Assembly: GCA_036170915.1 (NCBI GenBank)
Contig: JAVHQC010000036.1
Coordinates: 32,001-96,000, forward strand
DNA from: Cyanobacteria bacterium auto_48_18
GTDB taxonomy: Bacteria > Cyanobacteriota > Vampirovibrionia > Obscuribacterales > Obscuribacteraceae
Length of the DNA: 64,000 nt
Direction of reading: 5' to 3'
Shown: in pieces, positions 1-8,829 of the stretch
How positions within the stretch are numbered: position 1 is the first letter of the stretch
How the letters are laid out: every line of letters starts with the position of its first letter
Notes under the pieces: model-generated
Databases searched by the model: none
What the model was told of the DNA's origin: nothing
What the model saw: only the letters and a program-made list of their open reading frames with translations
Translations under genes and position numbers: made by a program

Positions 1-1829
1 TAGCCATTGTGGTGGCATCTCTGGTGGCAAACCTGCTGCATTTCGATATTCCTAAAATTATTGATCTAGCGCCTTTGTCTAATCTCAATTTGATGCCTCA
101 TTGGCCTGAAATGCCTCATGGCATCCGTAGTTTTCAGCAGTATCAGGCACTGACCCTGTACGCAATTACTGTCTTTATGTTGGGTTCTATCGAATCGCTG
201 CTTTCGGCTACCGTAGCCGATGGTATGTCTATGCGTTCAAAACACAGGCCAGACCAGGAGCTGATTGGCCAGGGCCTGGCGAACTTTTTCATGCCTTTCT
301 TCGGCGGCATTCCAGTCACTGGTGTAATTGCCCGCACGGCCGTTAATATTACATCTGGTGCCCGTACCAGGCTCGCGGCAATTGTGCATTCTGTTGTAAT
401 GCTGTTGCTTACAATCGTTCTGGCTCACTGGGCCGAGCAAATACCCTTAGCTGCTCTGGCAGGTGTACTGGTCTTAACCGGGTACCGCTTGATTGAATGG
501 GACGAAGTACGCGAAATTTGGCGTGGCTCCCGCACTGAAGGTTGGATTGTTATCACCACCACACTAGCGTCGGTTTGTATAGATTTGACCGCTGGTGTTT
601 TGACTGGTCTACTGCTTACTTGCGTTCTGTTTGTTCACAAGATGAGCTCACTCAGTGTTGTTAGTGAAGTGGCTGAGGATGACGACCGAATTGATTCGGC
701 ACAACTTATTCCTAGTTGCAAATTCACCCGTACGTATCTTGTTGATGGCCCGCTCTTTTTTGGCGCTGCAGAGAGATTTACGGAAAGCATTTTGCTCGCC
801 CAGGATTTAAAAGCTCTGATTTTGCACATGCGCTCGCTCAATATGATGGATGTTACTGGCGTTGAAACGCTTATGGCCATTCGCTCTCAGCTCAAGCGAA
901 AAAATATTCGACTGGTGGTGGCTGAACTACTTGGCCAACCTCTAGAGATGATGAAAAAGACAGGCGGCTACGACAAAATTGGAGCGGAAAACATTTTTTC
1001 TGACTACAAAGAGGCACTTCTCGACGTCAACGAGAAGTTACTCATGAACGAGTGCCAGGGGTGCTCAGCTGCTCTTAATCCTGATTTGAAAAACAAACTG
1101 TCAGGCCCGCGCGATTGCAAACTTCGCAGTGCACTATTGATGGACAACAGTCGCATGACTAAGACATTAAAAGCGCGTATGGACCGTACGCAAAAGATTA
1201 AAACCGGTACGTTTCAGGCCCTCAGCCCTGACATAGCCAGATTGGTGCGAATAACCACCACAGAAGACATACCAAAGTTTTTGCGTGACACCCCCATCGA
1301 AACTCTACTTAAATGTCAGAACATGGGTCAGGTTGATGCCAATCAATCTGACGATCCAGACCTGGTTATCGGTATGTGCATCGACTACCGCAAATCATTG
1401 GCTTTGCCGCAAAACTGCGCCTACGTAATCAGGCGGACTGGAGCCAACATGGATGGTTCCGAATTTTCAATAGCTCTGGCTTTGTCTGGTGGCATTGAAT
1501 ATATGGCTTTGATTTGCCACAACCACTGCGTTATGTCAGATCCGCACGTAAAGCGAGGGGCTTTTGTTTCGGCTCTAACAGTCAATCACGGATGGAGTGA
1601 TGATCAAGCCTTGAGCTTCTTTGACCAGCATGCTTCCAGTCGGGAAATAAGTGACGCCATTGATTTTTCTATTAAGGAAGCGCGGCGGTTAAAGAATCTA
1701 TTCCGCGGCCTCAAAGTAGTGCCTATGCTGTTTATGTTAGAAGACAATTTGATCTACTTGGTCAAAGACTGGGTGAGAGAAAATGACGAGAATCAGACTG
1801 ACGATGAAGATTCGTATTTCGCCGACTGA
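1..1829 (+). CDS. SulP/SLC26 anion (bicarbonate/sulfate) transporter with STAS domain and C-terminal beta-carbonic-anhydrase-like domain; 5' end probably outside the window
   Basis: SulP motifs (ESLLSA, QELIGQGLAN, GVIARTAVNI..GA.TRLA), STAS (DGPLFFGAA, MDVTG), C-terminal CIDYR...HNHC zinc-ligand pattern; N-terminal TM helices missing. Confidence 0.9.
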   Translation, partial: AIVVASLVANLLHFDIPKIIDLAPLSNLNLMPHWPEMPHGIRSFQQYQALTLYAITVFMLGSIESLLSATVADGMSMRSKHRPDQELIGQGLANFFMPFFGGIPVTGVIARTAVNITSGARTRLAAIVHSVVMLLLTIVLAHWAEQIPLAALAGVLVLTGYRLIEWDEVREIWRGSRTEGWIVITTTLASVCIDLTAGVLTGLLLTCVLFVHKMSSLSVVSEVAEDDDRIDSAQLIPSCKFTRTYLVDGPLFFGAAERFTESILLAQDLKALILHMRSLNMMDVTGVETLMAIRSQLKRKNIRLVVAELLGQPLEMMKKTGGYDKIGAENIFSDYKEALLDVNEKLLMNECQGCSAALNPDLKNKLSGPRDCKLRSALLMDNSRMTKTLKARMDRTQKIKTGTFQALSPDIARLVRITTTEDIPKFLRDTPIETLLKCQNMGQVDANQSDDPDLVIGMCIDYRKSLALPQNCAYVIRRTGANMDGSEFSIALALSGGIEYMALICHNHCVMSDPHVKRGAFVSALTVNHGWSDDQALSFFDQHASSREISDAIDFSIKEARRLKNLFRGLKVVPMLFMLEDNLIYLVKDWVRENDENQTDDEDSYFAD

Positions 1830-1955
1830 CCATATCAAGTGCTCCCGGTAATTCCTAGATTCCCGTAGCTTGGTGTAGTTTCAATACAAATGGTGATGTA
1901 GCAAAGAAGCCCTCGGCTCAAGGCGCCAAAAGGTGGTGCTAAAATAGCTTTTCGC

Positions 1956-2039
1956 GCCCTTGTGTCGGAACTGGTATACGAGACGCACTTAAAATGCGTT
2001 GCCCGTAAGGGATTGAGGGTTCGACTCCCTCCGAGGGCA
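1956..2039 (+). tRNA. trnL: tRNA-Leu (anticodon UAA), intronless, CCA not encoded
   Basis: Acceptor GCCCTTG/CGAGGGC, anticodon arm ACGCA-CTTAAAA-TGCGT, long variable arm, T arm GAGGG-TTCGACT-CCCTC. Confidence 0.95.
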
Positions 2040-2165
2040 AATTTTTCAAGCAATGCTCGGCCCTTTGTCGTCATAATGCGGTAGCTGCGGTTTTGTGATA
2101 GAAACGCATCTGGCCAGGAAACCTGTTATTCAGTTTCGGTAGTCAGCAAAGAGAGTGTTTAAATC

Positions 2166-2723
2166 ATGAGTATAGTTGTTGCGTGTGTGAAGGCAAGCGC
2201 AGGCTTGTTTCTTGCTGTTTGCTTAGCTTTTCCTTCTGCCCTGGCCGAAGACATGACCCGTGCGCAAATGGTCAAGAACCTGCGTGCCGCTAACGAAGTT
2301 GCAAAGGAAATGAAGAAATTCGGACACCATCCATTTGGTGCTGTACTTGTAGCACCAGATAATGACCAGATCCTCATGCATCAAGGTAACGTAAATGTGG
2401 TGCGTCACGCCGAGACGGAACTGTCTCGGCGGGCTTTTGAAGCTTACCCAGCGGAATATCTGGCTAACTGTACGCTCGTTACCACTATGGAGCCCTGTGT
2501 CATGTGTGCCGGCAACGTTTACTTTGCCAATATCGGAAAAGTAGTGTTTGGAGGCACTGAAGCTACTCTTAGAAAGCTCACTGGCACTAGTTCTGCGAAC
2601 CCAACAATGAATTTACCCTGCAAACAGGTATTCGATTCTGGACAGAAAACAATTAAGGTGGATGGTCCGATTGCAGAAATGGATGACGAACTTACCGAAC
2701 CACACAAAGGTTTCTGGCACTAA
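2166..2723 (+). CDS. Nucleoside/nucleotide deaminase (CDA/TadA-like zinc fold) with predicted signal peptide
   Basis: PFGAVLV, HAE and EPCVMC motifs; hydrophobic N-terminus ending ALA. Confidence 0.85.
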   Translation: MSIVVACVKASAGLFLAVCLAFPSALAEDMTRAQMVKNLRAANEVAKEMKKFGHHPFGAVLVAPDNDQILMHQGNVNVVRHAETELSRRAFEAYPAEYLANCTLVTTMEPCVMCAGNVYFANIGKVVFGGTEATLRKLTGTSSANPTMNLPCKQVFDSGQKTIKVDGPIAEMDDELTEPHKGFWH

Positions 2724-2724
2724 G

Positions 2725-3123
2725 TTATTTGCTGACCATCGAGAAAATCGAGTAAAGATTTCCGTCTAGATCGTAGAAGTTTGTGCTCATGCCCACTTTG
2801 TCGTCGTATTCGCAGACCACTTCGCATTCACTTTTAAAAGTTACACCGCGCTCAACCAGCTCAGCTCGTGTCTCGTGCACATTGTCCACAGTAAACACAA
2901 CAATTGGTTGTGCTGTGGCTTTACCTGGATGTTTTTCACCGGGCTTCATGCCGTGGAGAGCTAAAGTGGTGCTGCCTGTTTCAAATTCAACCCAGCCACT
3001 TTCTTCGCTCTTGAGTTTCATGCCCAGAATGTCGCGGTAGAAAGGCACTGACTTTTCTGTATCTTGTACATAAACAATGACGTAGCTTAAAGTTGATAAT
3101 TTGACTTCTGCTTTTACTGCCAT
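2725..3123 (-). CDS. VOC/glyoxalase family protein
   Basis: VIVYVQD...FYRDILG and F.D.DGN motifs. Confidence 0.85.
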   Translation of the reverse strand: MAVKAEVKLSTLSYVIVYVQDTEKSVPFYRDILGMKLKSEESGWVEFETGSTTLALHGMKPGEKHPGKATAQPIVVFTVDNVHETRAELVERGVTFKSECEVVCEYDDKVGMSTNFYDLDGNLYSIFSMVSK

Positions 3124-3164
3124 TTTAACTTTTCCTTCTAGAATTTCTAACTCTATTTCTGAGC

Positions 3165-4004
3165 TTATTTTACGGATGCCAGTTCTTTGATGCGCACTCG
3201 GTTTTCCAGCAAGCCAATACCGGCCACTTCCATTTTGACTACGTCACCGTCTTGTAGCCAGGGATAAACAGCTGGAGTAAGCTCGGCACCAGTTGCATCA
3301 TAAGTAGCCATAAACTCTGCGATGCAGCCATTACCCACGGTGCCTGAGCCAAACAAATAGCCGGGTTGAATGGCAATATTTTGCTGACCTAACCAGGCGA
3401 AAATGCGGGGGAAACTCCAGGCGCTCTTCTGCCCGGTGGCTGGATGAGTATGATAAAGCGTATTGTAATTACTGCGTGATCTCTCCTGACCATTGATGGT
3501 CAAAATCATCTCCATGTCAAAGACACCGTGGTCGTCCATTTTTAGATCGGACGCTTTAACCAGCTTGGGGCCAATGCTTTTACCGATGACAAATTTGCTG
3601 TTGGTAGGGCCCAATCCTTCCATGTCTTTCTTTTGAATGTCTCGAGCAGACCAGTCATTGAGAATGGTGAAATAGCAATTTTCTTTGATAAATTCTAAAG
3701 CAGCCTTCTCATCGGTCAGCAGCGCCGATTTAGTCGTCAGGCAGCCGATTTCAAATTCATAATCTGGAGCTTTGACTATGGCTGGAATGTTTACTTCTTC
3801 GCCGGTGGCGAACATTTTGTCGGCTGGAATATCGACGACATAGTAGGCAGCATGGTCATACCAGGTGGGTGAAACTTCTACACCACGCTTAGCGCGAATT
3901 TGTCTGATGTGAGTTTCGAAACCGAGAAAATCTAGCAATACTTTTGGTTCAGGCACTGTCACACCAAAAAGCTCGACAGTGTTAGTTGAATTTTTATAGA
4001 GCAT
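3165..4004 (-). CDS. Fumarylacetoacetate hydrolase family protein
   Basis: DYEFEIG, NDWSARDIQ, GSGTVG, GDVVKMEVAGIGLLEN motifs. Confidence 0.9.
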   Translation of the reverse strand: MLYKNSTNTVELFGVTVPEPKVLLDFLGFETHIRQIRAKRGVEVSPTWYDHAAYYVVDIPADKMFATGEEVNIPAIVKAPDYEFEIGCLTTKSALLTDEKAALEFIKENCYFTILNDWSARDIQKKDMEGLGPTNSKFVIGKSIGPKLVKASDLKMDDHGVFDMEMILTINGQERSRSNYNTLYHTHPATGQKSAWSFPRIFAWLGQQNIAIQPGYLFGSGTVGNGCIAEFMATYDATGAELTPAVYPWLQDGDVVKMEVAGIGLLENRVRIKELASVK

Positions 4005-4174
4005 CTTGCTGGCCTCTTATTCGGTTGAAGCCTTGATTATCCCATGGGGTGGCTTTTCAGCTCTAAATCTCAAGCTTGCCCTTATAAAGCGGATGTCATG
4101 AGGCGCGGGTGTCGAAAGTTATAAGGCTATTGTCGTAGACTGTGAGCCGCTACCTTTAGGAAGGAAGACCATAA

Positions 4175-4546
4175 ATGATTCACTCGCAAGAATTTGAAGA
4201 TCTGGTGGCACAAATTAAGCCGCGCATTAAAGAAGTTAGCATCGACGACGTACTCGACTTTCAAAAAGAGAACAAAGACTTTTTGCTTGTGGACGTGCGT
4301 GAAGATCGCGAGTGGGCTGAAGGTCATGCTCCAGGCGCAATTCACTTAGGTCGGGGAATTATCGAACGGGATATCATCAAGACCGAACCGAACAAAGATC
4401 GAGCAATCGTTCTCTATTGTGGTGGTGGCTATCGCTCAGCCATGTCGGCGGATAATTTACAGAAGATGGGTTATACGAACATATTATCGATGGCCGGTGG
4501 CATGCGTGCCTGGCGCGAACGCAGTCTGCCTGAGGAGAAACCATGA
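4175..4546 (+). CDS. Single-domain rhodanese (sulfurtransferase)
   Basis: DVRE..EW..GH.PGA and active-site loop CGGGYRS. Confidence 0.9.
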   Translation: MIHSQEFEDLVAQIKPRIKEVSIDDVLDFQKENKDFLLVDVREDREWAEGHAPGAIHLGRGIIERDIIKTEPNKDRAIVLYCGGGYRSAMSADNLQKMGYTNILSMAGGMRAWRERSLPEEKP

Positions 4547-4707
4547 ACGACTGGTTTCGTGAATTCTTAGAGCTGCAGACAAAAGATCCGCAGGCATTTT
4601 ATTTAATGGTCGGGTGCATCGGTCTTTTAGTTTTTCTTTCACTCACCATCTTTGGTGGCTTTATTTGGTACCTGTATCGTGGTGACAAATCGGGCAAATC
4701 TGACTGA
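4543..4707 (+). CDS. Small (54 aa) single-pass membrane protein, not in ORF track
   Basis: ATG overlaps rhodanese stop (ATGA); MNDWFREFLELQTKDPQAFYLMVGCIGLLVFLSLTIFGGFIWYLYRGDKSGKSD. Confidence 0.65.
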   Translation: MNDWFREFLELQTKDPQAFYLMVGCIGLLVFLSLTIFGGFIWYLYRGDKSGKSD

Positions 4708-4809
4708 TAAAGTGGTGACTTTTGCCGCCAGGCGCCATTTTGTGAAGTCAAGAGTTGCCCTTCGTATTGATACTGCCCATAATATCGATATCCGATCTAG
4801 GGGTGTTAT

Positions 4810-5226
4810 ATGGCTGAATCATTACGACAACTAAAATTAATTGGCGATCCGCTCAATTTAGAAGGCCTAGAGCCGCTGCTCGAGCTGGGTCATGTCGAAC
4901 TGGTAGAAGACAATACCATTGCTCCTGGTGCCCTGCTAGATACCACCCCTGGTGCAATATCAGAAACCAGACTGATACTAGATTTGATGACACAAGTTGA
5001 GCTTGTTAATGAATTAGTCTTAGAGACGAGCTTCAAGCTGCAAAAAGCGCACGAATCGCTGCTGGTAATGGAAAAAGAGATTTTTGCACAAGACCTTCGC
5101 CTAGAGCGCATGAAAGATCTCGAAAGCAAAATTGTGGAATTGGAGACCTGGTTAGATGCGGCTGTAGCTGAGAATACCCTGCTCAAGCGCCCGTGGTACA
5201 AAAAGTTGTTTAACTGGAGATATTGA
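4810..5226 (+). CDS. Hypothetical coiled-coil protein with C-terminal PWYKKLF amphipathic motif
   Basis: Heptad-rich C-terminal half; followed by terminator. Confidence 0.65.
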   Translation: MAESLRQLKLIGDPLNLEGLEPLLELGHVELVEDNTIAPGALLDTTPGAISETRLILDLMTQVELVNELVLETSFKLQKAHESLLVMEKEIFAQDLRLERMKDLESKIVELETWLDAAVAENTLLKRPWYKKLFNWRY

Positions 5227-5246
5227 TCTCATTTATTTGGATTGAT

Positions 5247-5279
5247 AAAAAAGAGAGCGCTCATGCGCTCTCTTTTTTT
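5247..5279. terminator. Bidirectional rho-independent terminator
   Basis: AAAAAAGAGAGCGC-TCAT-GCGCTCTCTTTTTTT between convergent genes. Confidence 0.9.
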
Positions 5280-5303
5280 CTCGTAGCATGCGAGCATAAT
5301 GCG

Positions 5304-6725
5304 CTACTTACTACAAGCCTTACCAGCCGCTTCCAGCTTTATGGGCAACTCCGCTTTTTGCCAGGCCTGAGTGCCACCAATAACGTTAATCAGCTGGTCT
5401 CTACCATGCCTTTTAAGCAAGCTTATGGCCATACTTGAGCGATAACCAGCCGCGCAGATTACAGCGGTCTTCACGCCAGGCTCAACCGCCTCTAATCGCC
5501 TTTCGAGTTCGGTTAACGAAACGTTCTTAGCCTGTGGTACATGACCGGAGTCAAATTCGGCTGGTCTGCGCACGTCTAAAACTTTTAAATCAGGCTCTGT
5601 GTTCAGCAAATCAGCCAACTCGTGTACCGAAATCTGCTCGACGGTCTCAACAGCCTGACCAGCTTCTTGCCAGGCTTTCATACCACCTTCAAGGTATCCG
5701 CACACGTTTTCTAATCCAGCGCGAGCCAATCGTAGAACAGCCTCGTCAACTTGATTGTCTTCTGTCAAAACCAAAATAATGGCATGCTCTGCACCAAGGA
5801 CAGTGCCGCACCATGAAGCAAACTGGCCGCCTAAACCGACATTGTAAGCACCTTTTATGTGCCCTTCGCCAAATTCCGCGGGAGTACGCGTGTCCAAAAT
5901 AATCAGATCTGATTGACTATCCAATTTCGTTTTGAGTTGTGCCGGGCTCATTTTTGCAGTAGCCGACATATCGCCAAGCGAACTTGCTCCTGCGCGATTG
6001 GCCGCCACTGCACGTGAGAAATAAGCTGGTACTTCCATTAATTCAGCCGTAAGCATGGTGACAAATTCGTCTTTAGTCATCGGTTGCAACGCATAGTTAA
6101 ACTTCTTTTGGGCGGCAATTGTGGACGACCGATCACTAGAAATATTTTTACCGCACATTGAGCCCGCGCCATGGGCCGGGAAAACTTCTGTCTGCTCGGG
6201 CAAAGTCAAAATTTTCTGATGCAAGCTGTCATAAAGCAAAGCGGCCATATCGGCTGGCCCGGAGCCAGGCTTACCCACCAGATCAGGTCGCCCGACATCA
6301 CCAATGAAGAGCGTATCACCGGTCAAAAGTCTCATGGGCTCATCGCTATTTTTCTCTTGCAATAAAAGGCAAATACTGTCTGGTGTGTGCCCGGGCGTGG
6401 CCAGCACCTTAATGGTCATGTCTCCCAATTCAATAACACTGCCGTCTACAACCGGACGATGGTCAAAACCGGCCTCCGCCTTATCGCTGCATAAAATGAT
6501 TGCTCCAGTCAGCTCTGCCAATTCTTTGTGGCCACTGACAAAATCTGCATGGACGTGAGTCTCGAAAATGTATTTGATCTTGAGGCCATTTTTGTCAGCT
6601 TCTTCAATATACTGAGCCACATCGCGCTGTGGATCTACCACGGCGGCCTCACCCTTAGAACCGACCAAATAAGAGGCATGGGCCAGGCACCCGAGATAAA
6701 ACTGCTTGAAGAACACGATTAACAC
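5304..6725 (-). CDS. MBL-fold persulfide dioxygenase fused to two rhodanese domains (CstB/Blh-like)
   Basis: ETHVHADFVSG, TPGHT, GDTLFIGDVGRPDL, PAHGAGS.CG; last rhodanese has CAAGYRS. Confidence 0.9.
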   Translation of the reverse strand: MLIVFFKQFYLGCLAHASYLVGSKGEAAVVDPQRDVAQYIEEADKNGLKIKYIFETHVHADFVSGHKELAELTGAIILCSDKAEAGFDHRPVVDGSVIELGDMTIKVLATPGHTPDSICLLLQEKNSDEPMRLLTGDTLFIGDVGRPDLVGKPGSGPADMAALLYDSLHQKILTLPEQTEVFPAHGAGSMCGKNISSDRSSTIAAQKKFNYALQPMTKDEFVTMLTAELMEVPAYFSRAVAANRAGASSLGDMSATAKMSPAQLKTKLDSQSDLIILDTRTPAEFGEGHIKGAYNVGLGGQFASWCGTVLGAEHAIILVLTEDNQVDEAVLRLARAGLENVCGYLEGGMKAWQEAGQAVETVEQISVHELADLLNTEPDLKVLDVRRPAEFDSGHVPQAKNVSLTELERRLEAVEPGVKTAVICAAGYRSSMAISLLKRHGRDQLINVIGGTQAWQKAELPIKLEAAGKACSK

Positions 6726-6974
6726 TCCAAAACGGCAATTTAGTATACCGACAAATTGATCTTACACTTATGGAAAAAGGAGCGCCGTCGGCCTGCCTTA
6801 TGTTGTGTACTATATAGGCACTCTAGGATCTGGCGATAAGGGGCCCAAACGCATCTTCTCTTAGCGGAGATAGCCAGGTCGAATTTTATTTTTCCGCGTG
6901 TCCGCCCTGATAGGACGCCCTCGATATGAGGCTTCAGTGTAAAGTAAAAAAAGTGCCCTTGCTGGAGCGATTCT

Positions 6975-8636
6975 ATGACAGCGACAAAATCAGCACCGCC
7001 CAGTGGCTGGATTACCGCCGGGAGCCATCCCGATAGCTACGAGATGAGCCTTTTCACCGATTTCTGCTACTCAGGCACCAAGTGCGCTCGGCTGTGCTCG
7101 ACGATGGACGCCATCGACGGCTTCGGCACCCTAATGCAGTCAGTCAAGGCCAATGTCTATCGGGGCCAACGCGTTAAATTAACCGCGTTTATTAAATCAG
7201 AATCCGTCTACCATTGGGCCGGTCTATGGATGCGTGTCGACGCCGGGCGAGAGGTCGTCAGCTTCGACAATATGCAAAATCGCCCCATAAAAGACGACAC
7301 CGACTGGACCCAGTATCATGTCGTGCTCGATGTGCCCGAAAATAGCACGAGCATTTCTTTTGGCGTATTGCTCAGCGGTGCGGGTTCACTCTGGCTGGAT
7401 GACTTCGAGCTGGAGGTTGTTGGCCTTGACGTCGAATCGACTGACACGACGTGGGACGGCCGTTCCTGCGGCATCCAGTATCAAAATCTGCGGCCGATCA
7501 ACATGGACTTTTCGCAGGGGCTTCGCGACGACAGCAAAGAGTTTCCCATTGACGCTACCCCCGTCGGCTGGTTCAAACAAAAGTACGGCGAAGGTGATGT
7601 GGAAATCGGTTTGTCTAAATCATCACGCAAGGGCTCTCCGGTATCTGCTTTTGTAAAGGTCGATGGTGCCGTATGGGGATCACTTTTGCAGGCAGTGGGC
7701 GCGGATAGCTATGTCGGCAAGCGCGTTAAGCTCTCCAGCTCCGTTAAAACTGAATCGCTTGCGGGCAACGCCACGTTATTCTTCCGCACCGATGCTGGGC
7801 GCGAGCTGACCGTCTGTCATGACTACATGGAGGGACGCGAGCTGAAAGGCACCAACGACTGGACCGAATGTCAATGCGTGATCGACATCCCCGAAGGATG
7901 CGACAACATTTATATCGGCGGCGTGGTCAATGGCGATGGCACCGCGTGGTTTAAAGATTTCGCCTTGACTGCGGTTTCTGCCGATATTGCCACCACAGGC
8001 AAACATGGCAAGGCTAAGAAAAATAAAAAGCCCACGACCGCCGCCAGTAAAAAGAGTTTGCCTGCCGAACCACTCAATCTCGATTTTGAAGATGGCGAAT
8101 ATGGCAGCAAGAGTGGTGCTCATCGCTTGCCCATCGGGTGGATGGCTAGCGGTAGCCATCCCGATAGCTATAAGATGTGCGTGGATGACACGACCAAGTT
8201 TGCTGATAGCAGGTGCGCACTGATTGAATCGCGTCGCCATCCTCAAAGTGGATTCGGCACGCTGATGCAAAAGGTACATGCCGATTTTTGCCTGGGCAAA
8301 AAGATGCGTTTGAGTACACAGATCAAAAGCGAAGAGGTCGGTTGGGCCGCTCTGTGGATGCGCATTGATGGAGAGGATGGTGAAATCCTTGGCTTCGACA
8401 ACATGCAGAAAAATCCAATTAAAGGCACCACTGATTGGAATTATTACGAGTGCGTGCTTGATGTGCCATCGGGGGCTAAGGCCGTAGCATTTGGCGTGCT
8501 CCTGAGCGGCAACGGCAAAGTGTGGTTTTCCAAAGTGGCATTAGAGCCAGCGTCGGATGATGTCGAGGTTACGGATACCAAAAAGGATATGATTCAGGCG
8601 AGACAGCAGCCGGTGAACATGTGCTTTGAGGAATGA
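6975..8636 (+). CDS. Protein made of three tandem beta-sandwich (galactose-binding/CBM-like) domains
   Basis: Three repeats of GW..AGS.P..Y...FGTLMQ...G.R.KL....K....A.LW.R.D...DNM...PIKG.TDW..Y..V.DVP.....FGVLL.G.G..W, each followed by P.N..F. Confidence 0.75.
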   Translation: MTATKSAPPSGWITAGSHPDSYEMSLFTDFCYSGTKCARLCSTMDAIDGFGTLMQSVKANVYRGQRVKLTAFIKSESVYHWAGLWMRVDAGREVVSFDNMQNRPIKDDTDWTQYHVVLDVPENSTSISFGVLLSGAGSLWLDDFELEVVGLDVESTDTTWDGRSCGIQYQNLRPINMDFSQGLRDDSKEFPIDATPVGWFKQKYGEGDVEIGLSKSSRKGSPVSAFVKVDGAVWGSLLQAVGADSYVGKRVKLSSSVKTESLAGNATLFFRTDAGRELTVCHDYMEGRELKGTNDWTECQCVIDIPEGCDNIYIGGVVNGDGTAWFKDFALTAVSADIATTGKHGKAKKNKKPTTAASKKSLPAEPLNLDFEDGEYGSKSGAHRLPIGWMASGSHPDSYKMCVDDTTKFADSRCALIESRRHPQSGFGTLMQKVHADFCLGKKMRLSTQIKSEEVGWAALWMRIDGEDGEILGFDNMQKNPIKGTTDWNYYECVLDVPSGAKAVAFGVLLSGNGKVWFSKVALEPASDDVEVTDTKKDMIQARQQPVNMCFEE

Positions 8637-8752
8637 TGAGTTAAAGGAAACCACCCTAGGCAGCAGTCCTCCTAGGCACCAATCACATTAAGGGACGTAA
8701 TCCTTGCAGGAACTTTCCTTGTGAGTAGGTTGAACGGTCATTTCATAAATGC

Positions 8753-8782
8753 TTGCGTACCTGATTTATAAAGAGCTATAAT
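8753..8782 (+). promoter_or_regulatory. Sigma70-type promoter pointing into the 3' end of the DUF3800 gene
   Basis: TTGCGT (8753-8758), 18-nt spacer, perfect TATAAT (8777-8782); no + strand CDS downstream until about 9787. Confidence 0.55.
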
Positions 8783-8787
8783 TTTAT

Positions 8788-8826
8788 TGCAGGTCCGATC
8801 CAGCCACTGCTGGGGTAGGTTCTGCA
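8788..8826 (+). ncRNA. Candidate DUF3800-associated structured RNA (hairpin)
   Basis: TGCAGGTCCGATCCAGC-CACT-GCTGGGGTAGGTTCTGCA; starts at the predicted +1 and ends 3 nt from the DUF3800 stop codon; G-U pairs favour the + strand. Confidence 0.45.
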
Positions 8827-8829
8827 TTA

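Noticed and set aside
1835..2074. 79-aa ORF on the - strand
   Set aside because: Antisense shadow of the tRNA-Leu gene
1956..2200. Integrative element at the tRNA 3' end
   Set aside because: No integrase and no duplicated tRNA 3' end seen in the window
6790..6974. Riboswitch upstream of the triple-domain gene
   Set aside because: Only weak stems; no recognisable aptamer consensus
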